A stretch of DNA of 64,000 nucleotides from an uncultured Planctomycetota bacterium (GTDB lineage Bacteria; Planctomycetota; Planctomycetia; Isosphaerales; Isosphaeraceae), in NCBI GenBank assembly GCA_963737655.1, contig CAVTTN010000002.1, forward strand, positions 2,880,001 to 2,944,000. Direction: 5' to 3'. A program made the translations under genes and the position numbers. This document shows, piece after piece, positions 45,903 to 55,184 of the stretch (positions are counted from its first letter, which is position 1; every line of letters starts with the position of its first letter). The notes below the pieces were generated by a model that saw only the letters and a list, made by a program, of their open reading frames with translations, was not told the DNA's origin and did no database searches.

Positions 45903-47183
45903 TCAGACCTTCGGCAACGCCCACGGCGCCCGGTATTCGGTCCGGGCGAGGTGCTGATTCGCGGCTTCGCTGTTGGTGAATCGCTCGGCCTTGCCGTCCC
46001 ACTTGAGCTTCTCGCCGGTCCACAGGGCGATGTTGCCGAGGTGGCCCATCGTGGTGAGCTTGTGGCCGTACTCGAAGTTGCAGGAGCAGAGGTCCCGGGT
46101 CTTGATCGCGTTCAGCCACTCGCGATGGTGGCCGGGCGACCTGGCCAGCGTCGGCTCCGGGAGCTTGATCTCGCGGCCCTTCTCGGGGATGACCTCGAAC
46201 GAGCCGTAATCGGCCACGAGCGAGCCTTCGGTGCCCTGGAACATGATTCCGAGGCCCTTCCGCTCGATCCCCAGGGAGCTGGCCTGCGTGTGGCTCCACA
46301 CGAGGTCGAACCCCGGGGCGAAGTGGTACAGGACTTCCAGGGTGTCGGGCGTCTCGGCGTTGTCATCGATCGCGTACCGCCCTCCGGTGGCGGTGATCGT
46401 CTCGGGGCTCTCGACCTTCATCCCCCAGAGGATCGGGTCGATGATGTGGCAGCAGAAATCCATGAGCTGGCCGCCGGCATAGTCCCAGAACCACCGCCAG
46501 TTGAAGGTGAAGCGGTTGCGGTTGAAGGCCCGTTTCGGCGCGGGGCCGAGCCAGAAGTCGTAATCCAGGCCCGGAGGGGCCGCCTCGTCGGCCGGCTTGC
46601 CCAGGTTCCCCGCCATCGAGGCCATCCACGTCCGGCACTTGGTGATCTTGCCCAGGACGCCCGATTGCACGATCTCCGCCACGCGATGGTAGTTCTCGGT
46701 GGCGTGGATCAGGTTGCCCATCTGGGTGACCCGCTTGAACTTCGCGGAGGCGTCGGCCACGGCGCGGCCCTCGGCGATCCGGTAGGCCAGCGGCTTCTCG
46801 CAATAGACGTCCTTGCCGGCCTGGCAGGCCAGGAGCGTGGGGATGGCGTGCCAGTGGTCGGGCGTGGCGATCACGACGGCGTCGATATCCTTGCGGTCGA
46901 GCACGCGGCGGAAGTCGCCGAACGCCTCGGGCTTGCCGTCGGCCTCGGACTTCGCCCGGAGCAGGTGCGGTTCGTAGACGTCGCACACGGCGGCCACGCG
47001 GACGTCGGGCATCCCCTTGAAGATGTCCAGGAGGCCGCTGCCCATCCCCCCCACGCCGATGAACCCCAGGGAGATCGTCTCATTGGGCCCGGCCTTCTTC
47101 GGCTCGTCCCCCCGGGCCATCATCGAAGAGGCCGCGACGGCCGAGGCGGCGGCGAGGAACTGGCGACGCGAGGGATGGGTCAT
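45903..47183 (-). CDS. Tat-signal Gfo/Idh/MocA family oxidoreductase
   Basis: SRRQFL, IGVGGMG, IATPDHWH, GKDVYCEKP, WLGPAP, WRWFWDYAGG. Confidence 0.93.
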   Translation of the reverse strand: MTHPSRRQFLAAASAVAASSMMARGDEPKKAGPNETISLGFIGVGGMGSGLLDIFKGMPDVRVAAVCDVYEPHLLRAKSEADGKPEAFGDFRRVLDRKDIDAVVIATPDHWHAIPTLLACQAGKDVYCEKPLAYRIAEGRAVADASAKFKRVTQMGNLIHATENYHRVAEIVQSGVLGKITKCRTWMASMAGNLGKPADEAAPPGLDYDFWLGPAPKRAFNRNRFTFNWRWFWDYAGGQLMDFCCHIIDPILWGMKVESPETITATGGRYAIDDNAETPDTLEVLYHFAPGFDLVWSHTQASSLGIERKGLGIMFQGTEGSLVADYGSFEVIPEKGREIKLPEPTLARSPGHHREWLNAIKTRDLCSCNFEYGHKLTTMGHLGNIALWTGEKLKWDGKAERFTNSEAANQHLARTEYRAPWALPKV

Positions 47184-47289
47184 GATGGCTCGGGCTCCGA
47201 GATGAGGGGGCGATCGCGGCGTCTTCTCGCGTTCCTAACAGAGCCATCGGCCCGTCACAAGCCGTCACCCCGCGATTCCGAGGGGCCGA

Positions 47290-47634
47290 TCAGTACCGCC
47301 GGACCGTCGGATCGACGCCGAGGGACCAGGCGTCGATGCCTCCGTCCAGGTTGGCCACCGGGCCGACCCCCTGAGCGGCCAGCCATCGGGCGGCGGCCAT
47401 CGAGCGGACCCCGTGATGGCAGTAGACGACCAGGAGACCGCCCAGGGCCCGGACCTCGTCCAGGCGGGCCGGGATCTCCCCGAGGGGGACGTGGACGTTG
47501 CCCACGCCCTCCGGGACGGCGATCGCGGCCATCGCCCGCTCCTCCGGCTCACGGACGTCCAGCAAGGTCAGCGGGGAACCCTCCCCGAGCCGCCCGCGGA
47601 GGTCGAAGACCGTCAGTCGTTGCGGATTCTCCAT
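47290..47634 (-). CDS. Rhodanese-like domain protein
   Basis: [32 protein letters not shown]. Confidence 0.9.
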   Translation of the reverse strand: MENPQRLTVFDLRGRLGEGSPLTLLDVREPEERAMAAIAVPEGVGNVHVPLGEIPARLDEVRALGGLLVVYCHHGVRSMAAARWLAAQGVGPVANLDGGIDAWSLGVDPTVRRY

Positions 47635-47957
47635 TTCGTCCCCTTTGGCTCTCATCCGACCCCGAGAAACCGATCGAAACCCGACTTTATCGGGCGATCG
47701 GCCCGAGGCCGACAGGGTTTTGGAGCGTTGGCGAGATTTTTCCGGGATTTCGGGCCGGTCGTCGCGTCACAATCGCTCCCGAGAGACGTACTATCCCGAT
47801 GGATTCGATCCGCCACGCACCGACGCGACGGTCTGCGCCCAGGGTGCGCACCCCCGGCGAGTCGGGCGGGTTGCCCTTCCCCGCGGCGGCTGGATCGGAC
47901 AAGATGCAGGTCCAGGTGACCTGGATTTGGAATCATGGAGAAGGGAGGGGGGCCACG

Positions 47958-48883
47958 ATGAGCCTCGACCTGGGACCGGGGACCGCCCGGATCGGCTGGA
48001 TCGGCACGGGAGTCATGGGGGCGTCGATGTGCGGCCACCTGATGGCCGCCGGGTATCGCGCCACCGTGTTCAACCGCTCGCCGGAGAAGGCCAGGGGGCT
48101 GGTGGATCGCGGGGCGAAGCTCGCCCCGTCGCCCCGGGCCGTGGCCGAGGCGTCGGACGTGGTCTTCACCATCGTCGGCTTCCCCAGGGACGTCCGCGAG
48201 GTCACGCTGGGCCCCGACGGGATCCTCGCCGGCTCGCGGCCCGGGATGGTCGTGGTGGACATGACCACCAGCGAGCCGGCCTTGGCCGTGGAGATCCACG
48301 CGAAGGCGGCCGAGGTCGGCGTGGCCTCGGTCGATGCGCCGGTCTCCGGCGGGGACGTGGGCGCGAAGGAAGCCCGGCTGTCGATCATGGTCGGCGGCGA
48401 CGACGAGACGGTGGCCGCCCTGATGCCGCTGTTCCAGCTGATGGGCAAGACGATCGTCCACCAGGGCCCCCCGGCGCGGGCCAGCACACGAAGATGGTGA
48501 ATCAAATCCTCATCGCCTCGAACATGGTGGGCGTTTGCGAGGCCCTGCTCTACGCTTCCAGAGCGGGGCTGGACCCGACGTCGGTGTTGCAGTCCGTGGG
48601 CAGCGGGGCGGCGGGCTCGTGGAGCCTGAACAACCTGGGGCCTCGGATCATCGCCGGGCGGTTCGAGCCGGGTTTCTTCGTCGAGCATTTCCTCAAAGAC
48701 ATGGGGATTGCCTTGTCTGAGGCCCGGCGTTTGCGTATTGCGCTGCCGGGCCTGGCCCTTGCGGAAACGCTGTACCGGGCCGTGGAAGCCCAGGGTCACG
48801 GGCGGGACGGGACCCACGCGTTGATGCTCGCCCTGGCCCAACTCTCCGGAGAGGAGTGGCCGGGGACGGCCCCCAAATCATGA
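47958..48883 (+). CDS. NAD(P)-dependent 3-hydroxyisobutyrate/tartronate-semialdehyde dehydrogenase family; apparent frameshift in C run at ~48470
   Basis: [33 protein letters not shown] and [10 protein letters not shown] in the next frame. Confidence 0.88.
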
Positions 48884-49350
48884 GTCACCTCGCCTGGATC
48901 CCGTTCGATCGAGCCGCCGGGGGCCGGCCCACGATGCCCGAACCCGCCATCGGACCCCCCTCGCCCCGGTCCTCGCCGGACCGCCGCCGCGTCCTGCTCG
49001 TGGACGACAACGCCGAGGGCCGCCGCGCCCTGGCCCGCCTCCTGGAACTCCACGACTTCGAGGTGACGGCCGCCGCCGACGGCACCTCGGCGCTGGCCGC
49101 CCTCCAGGACGTGCCCCCGCCGGAGATCGTCGTCACCGACCTCTTCCTGCCCGATATCGACGGCCGGGAGATCGCCCGGGCGGCCCACGACCTGGTCCCC
49201 CAGCCCGTCGTGGTGATGATCACCGGCTGGGATTTCGGCCGGGACATGCCCGACCGCGAAGCCTGGGGCATCGACCACCTCTTCCTCAAGCCCCTGAACG
49301 TCACGGACCTCGTCACGTTCCTCCGAACCGAGGCCGGGACCCGGGATTAG
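48880..49350 (+). CDS. Single-domain response regulator (CheY-like)
   Basis: [23 protein letters not shown]. Start may be 48933. Confidence 0.88.
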   Translation: MSHLAWIPFDRAAGGRPTMPEPAIGPPSPRSSPDRRRVLLVDDNAEGRRALARLLELHDFEVTAAADGTSALAALQDVPPPEIVVTDLFLPDIDGREIARAAHDLVPQPVVVMITGWDFGRDMPDREAWGIDHLFLKPLNVTDLVTFLRTEAGTRD

Positions 49351-49393
49351 ACGCCCGGAACGCTTCCGAAGCCGCGTTTTCCGGTTTCGAGGG

Positions 49394-49530
49394 GTTTCGG
49401 CCGGACGCATTTTTGGGTGGCATCGGTTCCGTCCCCGGGACCCGTGAGGGTCGTCCCACGGGTCCCGGGGACGGAACCCATGCCACCCAAAACCCTTGGG
49501 AAGAATCGTCCACCGAGAAGGCAACGGCCC
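49394..49530. repeat. GGGTGGCAT-type long hairpin element; uninterrupted homolog of the 25891-26162 element
   Basis: About 36-bp arms at 49411-49446 / 49457-49492, followed by gggaagaatcgtccaccgagaaggcaacggccc. Confidence 0.75.
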
Positions 49531-49561
49531 GGCCGAAACGGCCCAAGGCCGGGCGTGCCCC

Positions 49562-49590
49562 TTGTGCAATCGTCCGGGTTGCGTTAAGAT
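49562..49590 (+). promoter_or_regulatory. Sigma70-like promoter upstream of the small basic ORF
   Basis: TTGTGC-17 bp-TAAGAT. Confidence 0.5.
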
Positions 49591-49668
49591 CCCATGCTTT
49601 CCCGCCAAGCGAACGGGCGGGTCCGAACCGTCTTGTCCCGTCGTCGAATTCATTCGCCAGGAGTCCGT

Positions 49669-49758
49669 ATGGCCAGCCGCCGCCGAGGGAAAGGTCGCCG
49701 CAAGGTCGGTCGCAAGAAGCGCCGGATGCGCAGCCGCATTCGCCATCGCAAGAAGTAG
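49669..49758 (+). CDS. 29-aa Arg/Lys-rich peptide, candidate small ribosomal protein (bS22-like)
   Basis: AGGAG RBS; MASRRRGKGRRKVGRKKRRMRSRIRHRKK*; preferred codons (CGC/AAG). Too short for the ORF track. Confidence 0.75.
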   Translation: MASRRRGKGRRKVGRKKRRMRSRIRHRKK

Positions 49759-49843
49759 TCGGATCGTCTCGAATTGTTCGGCGGGGCCCCGGGGCCTACA
49801 ATGGGACGCTCCTCCCATCGTCCCGCCCCGGAGGCCGCCGATC

Positions 49844-50128
49844 GTGGATACGCGCCCGTCCCTGGACCTGCTCGAATCGACCCACCCGTTCCCGGGGATC
49901 TACCAGATCAAGGCGATTGGCTCGGCCGAAGGGGACTTCCCCGGCCGGGTCGTCTCCGCGGTCCTGGAGGAGCTGGCCGGGCCGAGCGAGGTCGAATCGA
50001 CCGTGAGGACCACCCCGGCGGGGCGTCACGTCTCGGTCACGCTCGATCTGACCGTGCAGACGGCCGAGCAAGTCCGGGCGATCTATGCGCGTCTGCGGAC
50101 GGTCGATGGCCTCCAGATGCTGTTCTGA
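49844..50128 (+). CDS. DUF493/YbeD family ACT-like protein
   Basis: GGAGG + GTG; HPFPG.YQIKAIG, GRHVSVTL, VRAIY..L. Confidence 0.82.
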   Translation: MDTRPSLDLLESTHPFPGIYQIKAIGSAEGDFPGRVVSAVLEELAGPSEVESTVRTTPAGRHVSVTLDLTVQTAEQVRAIYARLRTVDGLQMLF

Positions 50129-50187
50129 TTCGGGCCGACCGGCGTCGGACGGAGACGCGCGGCCCTTCCCTCCGGCGACCCCCCTCC

Positions 50188-51315
50188 ATGAGTGCCTCCC
50201 GGCCCGGTCCTGAGCGGATCGACCTGCTCGGGGCCGACGACCCCCGCGACGTGATCCATCGGGCGGTGGCGTGCCTGGCCCAGGGCGGGGTCGTCGGCCT
50301 GCCGACGGAAACCTCCTACGCCCTGGCGGCCTCGGCCCTCCGCCCGGGCGCGGCGGCCTCTCTTCGAGAGGGCTGGCCGATCTCCGCCTCGCCCCAGGCC
50401 CTCCTGGCGATCGCCCTCCGCGACCCGGAAGAGATCGCCGACTGGGCCCCGGCGCTAGGCCCGATCGGTCGCAAGCTGGCGAGGAGGGCGTGGCCCGGGC
50501 CCGTCGAGCTGGTCGTCTCCGGCGACATCGAGCGGGGCCTGGCCGCGAGGCTCCCTCACGAGAACCGCGGCGAGGTCCTCTCCGGGGGGTCGGTCCGGCT
50601 CCGGGCCCCGGGCCATGAGGTCGTCCGCGAGGTTTTGGAGCTGGTCTCGGGCCCCTTGCTGATCTACCAGCCGTCGGACGTCCTGACCGCCGACGGCCTG
50701 CTGGCGGGGGCCGGGCCGTCGATGGTCCTGGACGACGGCCCCTCGCGGGTTGCCGGGTCGGTCACGGTGGTCCGGCTCGACGGCGACCGCTGGGAGGTGG
50801 CGGCCCCCGGGGTCGTCCCGGCCGAGGCGATCGCCCGGATGACCGGGACGATGCTCCTGTTCGTCTGCACGGGCAACACCTGTCGGAGCCCGATGGCCGA
50901 GGCGCTCTGCCGGGTCTTGCTGGCCGAGAGGCTGGGGTGCGGGCTGGGCGAGGTCGAGTCGCGAGGGTTCGTCGTCGCCTCGGCCGGGCTGGCGGCGGCC
51001 CGGGGCTCGCGGGCCACGCCCGAGGCGGCGCTGGTCGTCCAGGGCCGAGGCGGCTCGCTCCGGGCCCATTCCAGCCGCCAGGTCTCCCCCGCCCTGATCG
51101 CCCAGGCCGACGCCATCCTCGTGATGACCGCCGACCACCGAGACGCCATCCTCGACGCCTTCCCCGAGGCCGAGCCCCGGGTCCGCCTCCTCCACCCGAG
51201 GGGCGACGACGTGGTCGATCCCTACGGCGCCGACCGCGAAACCTACCGACGGACCGCCGAGGCCCTCGAGGCCCATCTGAATCTACTCCTCGATGAGATG
51301 CTCCCCAGGGCTTGA
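50188..51315 (+). CDS. Sua5/YrdC(TsaC)-like domain fused to a low-molecular-weight protein phosphatase (YwlE-like)
   Basis: GGVVGLPTETSY, AWPGP, VRLRAP; C-terminal LFVCTGNTCRSPMAE, MTADH, VVDPYG. Confidence 0.88.
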   Translation: MSASRPGPERIDLLGADDPRDVIHRAVACLAQGGVVGLPTETSYALAASALRPGAAASLREGWPISASPQALLAIALRDPEEIADWAPALGPIGRKLARRAWPGPVELVVSGDIERGLAARLPHENRGEVLSGGSVRLRAPGHEVVREVLELVSGPLLIYQPSDVLTADGLLAGAGPSMVLDDGPSRVAGSVTVVRLDGDRWEVAAPGVVPAEAIARMTGTMLLFVCTGNTCRSPMAEALCRVLLAERLGCGLGEVESRGFVVASAGLAAARGSRATPEAALVVQGRGGSLRAHSSRQVSPALIAQADAILVMTADHRDAILDAFPEAEPRVRLLHPRGDDVVDPYGADRETYRRTAEALEAHLNLLLDEMLPRA

Positions 51316-51324
51316 ATGCACACC

Positions 51325-51496
51325 TGTAGGGTGCATGAAATGCACCGTCGTGTAGGGTGCATGAAATGCACCGTCGTGTAGGGTGCATGAAATGCACCAA
51401 CCACGAGGCGGGCGAAGCCCACCCGCCATCACCCTTCCTCGTTCCATCCCTCAGGACATCAAATAAGTGCGGACGGTGCATTTCATGCACCCGACA
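51325..51496. repeat. GTAG-type REP cluster: three tandem 26-bp units plus one inverted copy
   Basis: tgtagggtgcatgaaatgcaccgtcg at 51325, 51351 and 51377 (partial); inverted copy at 51472-51496; between convergent genes. Confidence 0.88.
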
Positions 51497-51505
51497 TGGT
51501 GTCTT

Positions 51506-52552
51506 TCACGGCCCCGAGACGGTCGCCCCTCCGCAACTGGAGCCTTTCCCGGCCGTGCAGCCGAAGCAATGCCGACCCGTGGCGATCTCCCGGCCGATCG
51601 GCGTCCCTGACGTGAGGTCGGCGACGTGCCTCGGGGCGTCCCCGGTCGGGGGCAGCTCCAGCATCGCGTTGAAGTCGCAGTCGAAGATCCGGCCGTCCCA
51701 GCCGACGGAGAGCATCGACCGGCACATCAGCCCCTCGACGGCCCTCGGGTTGAACGCGCCGACGAGCCGCTCCATGTACTCCTCGACCTGACCGGTCCTC
51801 GCCAGGAACTCCAGGAATCGGTTGATCGGCATGTTCGCCAGGACGAACAGGCGATTGAACACCAATTCGTGGCGACGCGCCAGCTCGCGGCGGAATTCCG
51901 GCTCGATCGCCGCCTGATCGGGCGCGAGGAACGCGCCCACGGGGTTGTCCACGAGGTTCAAAACCAGACCCGACCCCTCCCGGCCGTAGCCGAGCTGATT
52001 CAGGCGGCGGATCGCCTCCACCGAGGCCTCGAACACGCCGTCTCCTCGTTGCGAGTCGGTCGGCCGGGCGAGGTAGGACGGCAGGGACGCCACGACCTCG
52101 ACCCGGTGGGCGGCGAGGAACTCGGGCAGGTCGGCGAACCGGCCGACGGTCAGGATCGTCAGGTTGCAGCGATCGAGGACCCTCCGGCCCATCGCCGAGA
52201 GCCGCGCCACCAGCCACCGGAACTCGGGGTTCATCTCCGGGGCCCCGCCCGTCAGGTCGACCGTCGGGACCCCGAGGGCCTCGACCGCATCCAGGCATCG
52301 CTCCATCGTCTCGCGAGTCATGACCTCGACGCGATCCGGGCCCGCATCAACGTGACAGTGCTTGCACGTCTGATTGCACATCTTGCCCAGATTCATTTGA
52401 AGGACGTCGATGCGATCGGCGCGAAGCGGCGCAAGTCCGTGGCGGGCCAGGGTCTCGGCGAAGGCGGCCCCCTTGCCCCGGGACTCGATCATCCGCGTCT
52501 GGGTCTCGACGATGGCCAGGGGATGCCCCCGGCCGGCGAGGCTTCGAGTCAT
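51506..52552 (-). CDS. arsS: Arsenosugar-biosynthesis-associated radical SAM protein ArsS family (DUF3641), Cys form
   Basis: CNQTCKHCHVDAGP, DLTGGAPEMNP, QRGDGVF, LMCR, DCDFN, HCFGCTAG.GSSCGG. Confidence 0.88.
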   Translation of the reverse strand: MTRSLAGRGHPLAIVETQTRMIESRGKGAAFAETLARHGLAPLRADRIDVLQMNLGKMCNQTCKHCHVDAGPDRVEVMTRETMERCLDAVEALGVPTVDLTGGAPEMNPEFRWLVARLSAMGRRVLDRCNLTILTVGRFADLPEFLAAHRVEVVASLPSYLARPTDSQRGDGVFEASVEAIRRLNQLGYGREGSGLVLNLVDNPVGAFLAPDQAAIEPEFRRELARRHELVFNRLFVLANMPINRFLEFLARTGQVEEYMERLVGAFNPRAVEGLMCRSMLSVGWDGRIFDCDFNAMLELPPTGDAPRHVADLTSGTPIGREIATGRHCFGCTAGKGSSCGGATVSGP

Positions 52553-52761
52553 CGGCGCGTCCTCGCGTGGTCCTGGGGCCACATCCTGATCTCTGACGTG
52601 GGTTTGGACTTGACGTTCACGGGTCCCTGGATATGCTTGGCATCGGCGGCGACCCACGCGATCGCCGCCCTCCCGCCGCAGCAGGGCATCGCCGCCCTCT
52701 TCCGAGTCCGAGAGCTGACATGCCCCATCCCGGGGCATTCTCTGGTGAGACGGAGGGGACC

Positions 52762-53052
52762 ATGGACCGCATGGAACATTTCCGCGGCCGGCTCTGGGCC
52801 GGCGATGAAGTGCTCATGGATCACGTCGAGGGCCATCTCAAGACCAAGGCCAAGCCGAACAGCCCCAACGGCGAGTGGACCGGCCACTTCGTCTTCCCCG
52901 CCGAGATCCGCCCGAGGTTCGAGGACGGTGCGCGGTATCGCCTCGTCCTGATCGACGGTCGGAGCGGACACATCCACCTCCTGATCCACGAGGCCCAGGA
53001 GGAGGACGGCCCCCAGGCCCAGTTCCACGGGACCGGCACCGCCCGCCGCTGA
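52762..53052 (+). CDS. Small hypothetical beta-rich protein
   Basis: GGAGG RBS, typical codon usage. Confidence 0.7.
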   Translation: MDRMEHFRGRLWAGDEVLMDHVEGHLKTKAKPNSPNGEWTGHFVFPAEIRPRFEDGARYRLVLIDGRSGHIHLLIHEAQEEDGPQAQFHGTGTARR

Positions 53053-53075
53053 TCCCGTCTCAGCCCGGTCGAAAA

Positions 53076-53408
53076 TCACATGGACAGGCGATCGACGATC
53101 GCCTTCATCTGGACCCCATGCGCCAGGGTCGCCCCGGCGCGGATGGCCGAGGCCACGTGGACGGCCTCGGTCATCTGCTCCAGGTCCGAGCCGCGTTCCA
53201 GGCTGGTTCGCGTGTAGACATCGATGCAATACGGGCACTGCAAGGCGTGAGAGACCGCCAGGGCGATCAGGGCCTTCTCGCGAGGCGAGAGCGCGCCGTC
53301 CTCGAACACCTCGGCGTAATAGGCCTGGAACTTCTCCCACAACCCCGGGGCGCCGAGCGAGAGGTCGGCGAGCTTCGGCAGGTCCTCGGTCTGGTAGTAC
53401 GACGCCAT
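53076..53408 (-). CDS. CMD/AhpD-like protein (arsenosugar-biosynthesis-associated peroxidase-like family)
   Basis: YY..EDL...FQAYY..VF..GALS.REKALIALAV.HALQCPYCID...GATLAHGVQM. Confidence 0.88.
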   Translation of the reverse strand: MASYYQTEDLPKLADLSLGAPGLWEKFQAYYAEVFEDGALSPREKALIALAVSHALQCPYCIDVYTRTSLERGSDLEQMTEAVHVASAIRAGATLAHGVQMKAIVDRLSM

Positions 53409-53491
53409 GGCGGGCCTCTCCGATTCGGGTCGAGTCGAGTCGATCGGTCGTCCGATGCCGAGGGATGTTGTAGGCGGCGATCGGCCGGCGA

Positions 53492-54814
53492 TCAGGCCGG
53501 GGGGGCCGGGGCCATCGGCTCGACCCGGAGGCGGCGGACCCTCGTCGGGTCGGCCTGGGTGACGACCAGGCGATGGCCGTCCACTTCCACGCTGTCCCCC
53601 TCGCGGGCGAGCCGGCCGAGGAGGTCCAGGACGAGCCCGCCGGCCGTCTCGGCGTCGGTCTCGGGGAGCTCCACGCCCACGGCGTCGGCCATCACGTCCA
53701 GCGGGCACGACGCGTCCACCACGAACGCGCCGTCGCCCAGGGGCTCGATCGGCGGCGTCTCGCGGTCGAATTCGTCCTGGATCGGCCCGACCAGCTCCTC
53801 CAGGACGTTTTCGAGGCTGACCATGCCCACCACGCTCCCATACTCGTCCAGGAGCATGGCGAGATGGACGCGGTTCCTCTGGAACTCGATCAGGAGGGCG
53901 TCGAGGTGGAGCGTCTCGGGCAGGAACGGCACTTTCCTCGCGACCTTGCGGAGGTCGGGCCTCCCGCCGTTGGCGCCTCCGGCGCGGAAGAGGTCCTTGA
54001 CGTGGATCATCCCCACCACCGTGGTCAGGTCGTCCTCGCAGAGGGGAAATCGCGTGTGGCCGGCGGTCCGGGCGATCCTCAGGTTGTCTTCCAGGGGCCG
54101 GGAGAGGCTCAAATAGACGATGTCGGGCCGGGGGACCATGATCCGTCGGGCGGTCTTCTCCTCCAGGTTCAGCACGTTCTCGATCATGACCCGCTCGGTC
54201 CGGGACAGGTGGCCGCCGGCCACGCTCTCGGCGACGATGTGCCGCAATTCCTCTTCGGTGTGGGCCAGCTCGACGTGATCCGTCGCGCCCAGGCCGATCA
54301 GCCGCAGAGTCAGGTGGCTCGCGCTGTTGAGCAGGTAGATCAACGGCCAGAACAGCCAGCAAAACCCCACGAGGACCGGGGCCGTCCACAGCGCGATCGG
54401 CTTGGCGGAGCGGATCGCCAGGCTCTTCGGGGCCTGCTCGCCCAGGGCCATGTGGAGGAACGTGACCAGGGACAGCGAGAGCACGGGGACCAACGTGATC
54501 GTCACGCCCGCGACGGGCCATCGCAGGTCGGGGAAGCCCCAGCGATGGAGGATCCCGTGGATCGCCGGGTCGAGCGTCGAATCGATCGCCTTGCCCAGGG
54601 CGAGGCTGGCGACGGTGATCCCCAGCTGCGACGCCGAGAGGTAGGCGTCGAGCTGGCCGAGGACTTTCTGGGTGACCTTCGCCGCCCAGTGGCCTTCCTC
54701 GGCGAGCTGGTCGATCTGGGCGATCCGCACCTTGACCAGGGCGAACTCGGCGGCGACGAAGAATCCGTTGACGAACACCAACCCGGCGATCACGAAGAAC
54801 GGCACAAGGCCCAT
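53492..54814 (-). CDS. Hemolysin/CNNM family protein (DUF21 + CBS pair + CorC domain)
   Basis: NGFFVAAEFALV, SQLGIT.ASL, GEQAPKS, IMVPR, HTRFP, DEYG, EELVGPIQDEFD. Confidence 0.93.
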   Translation of the reverse strand: MGLVPFFVIAGLVFVNGFFVAAEFALVKVRIAQIDQLAEEGHWAAKVTQKVLGQLDAYLSASQLGITVASLALGKAIDSTLDPAIHGILHRWGFPDLRWPVAGVTITLVPVLSLSLVTFLHMALGEQAPKSLAIRSAKPIALWTAPVLVGFCWLFWPLIYLLNSASHLTLRLIGLGATDHVELAHTEEELRHIVAESVAGGHLSRTERVMIENVLNLEEKTARRIMVPRPDIVYLSLSRPLEDNLRIARTAGHTRFPLCEDDLTTVVGMIHVKDLFRAGGANGGRPDLRKVARKVPFLPETLHLDALLIEFQRNRVHLAMLLDEYGSVVGMVSLENVLEELVGPIQDEFDRETPPIEPLGDGAFVVDASCPLDVMADAVGVELPETDAETAGGLVLDLLGRLAREGDSVEVDGHRLVVTQADPTRVRRLRVEPMAPAPPA

Positions 54815-55184
54815 GGCAGGAGCGGCTCGGCGCGGTGGAGGCCGGTCGGCCTCGGGGGCAAGACGCCCGGGAGGCCCCACGGCCCGAACGATGCGGCCGA
54901 TCATTGTATCCGCTCGGCCGCGATTTCGCACGGGGGAGCTTTCGGCGGTCGAGCCGCGAGGGTGCCCCCGAGGCGGCCGGGCGGGCCTCACGCTCGAACT
55001 GAAAATCCGCGCCAGGCGGAAGTCAAGGCGCGGCCCGGCTCGGCCCCGCCACCCCGGCCGATGCGGGGCGGGCCCGGAGTCGAGGGCGACAGCTCAGACA
55101 CCCGACGGTTGCCGAGGACGGGCCGGATCGTCTAGAATCCCGGTCCAAATCCTCGCCCGAAGCCGCCTCGCCCCGAGGACCCCG

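Noticed and set aside
51325..51398. Possible CRISPR array
   Set aside because: Units are directly adjacent with no unique spacers, an inverted copy is present, and there are no cas genes; this fits REP repeats.
51506..51560. Selenocysteine in the ArsS C-terminus
   Set aside because: The codon is TGC (Cys); there is no in-frame TGA.
54820..55184. Glycine riboswitch upstream of gcvT
   Set aside because: I could not find the conserved GGAGA/CCGAAG/CTCTCAGG aptamer motifs; an Infernal scan would settle it.
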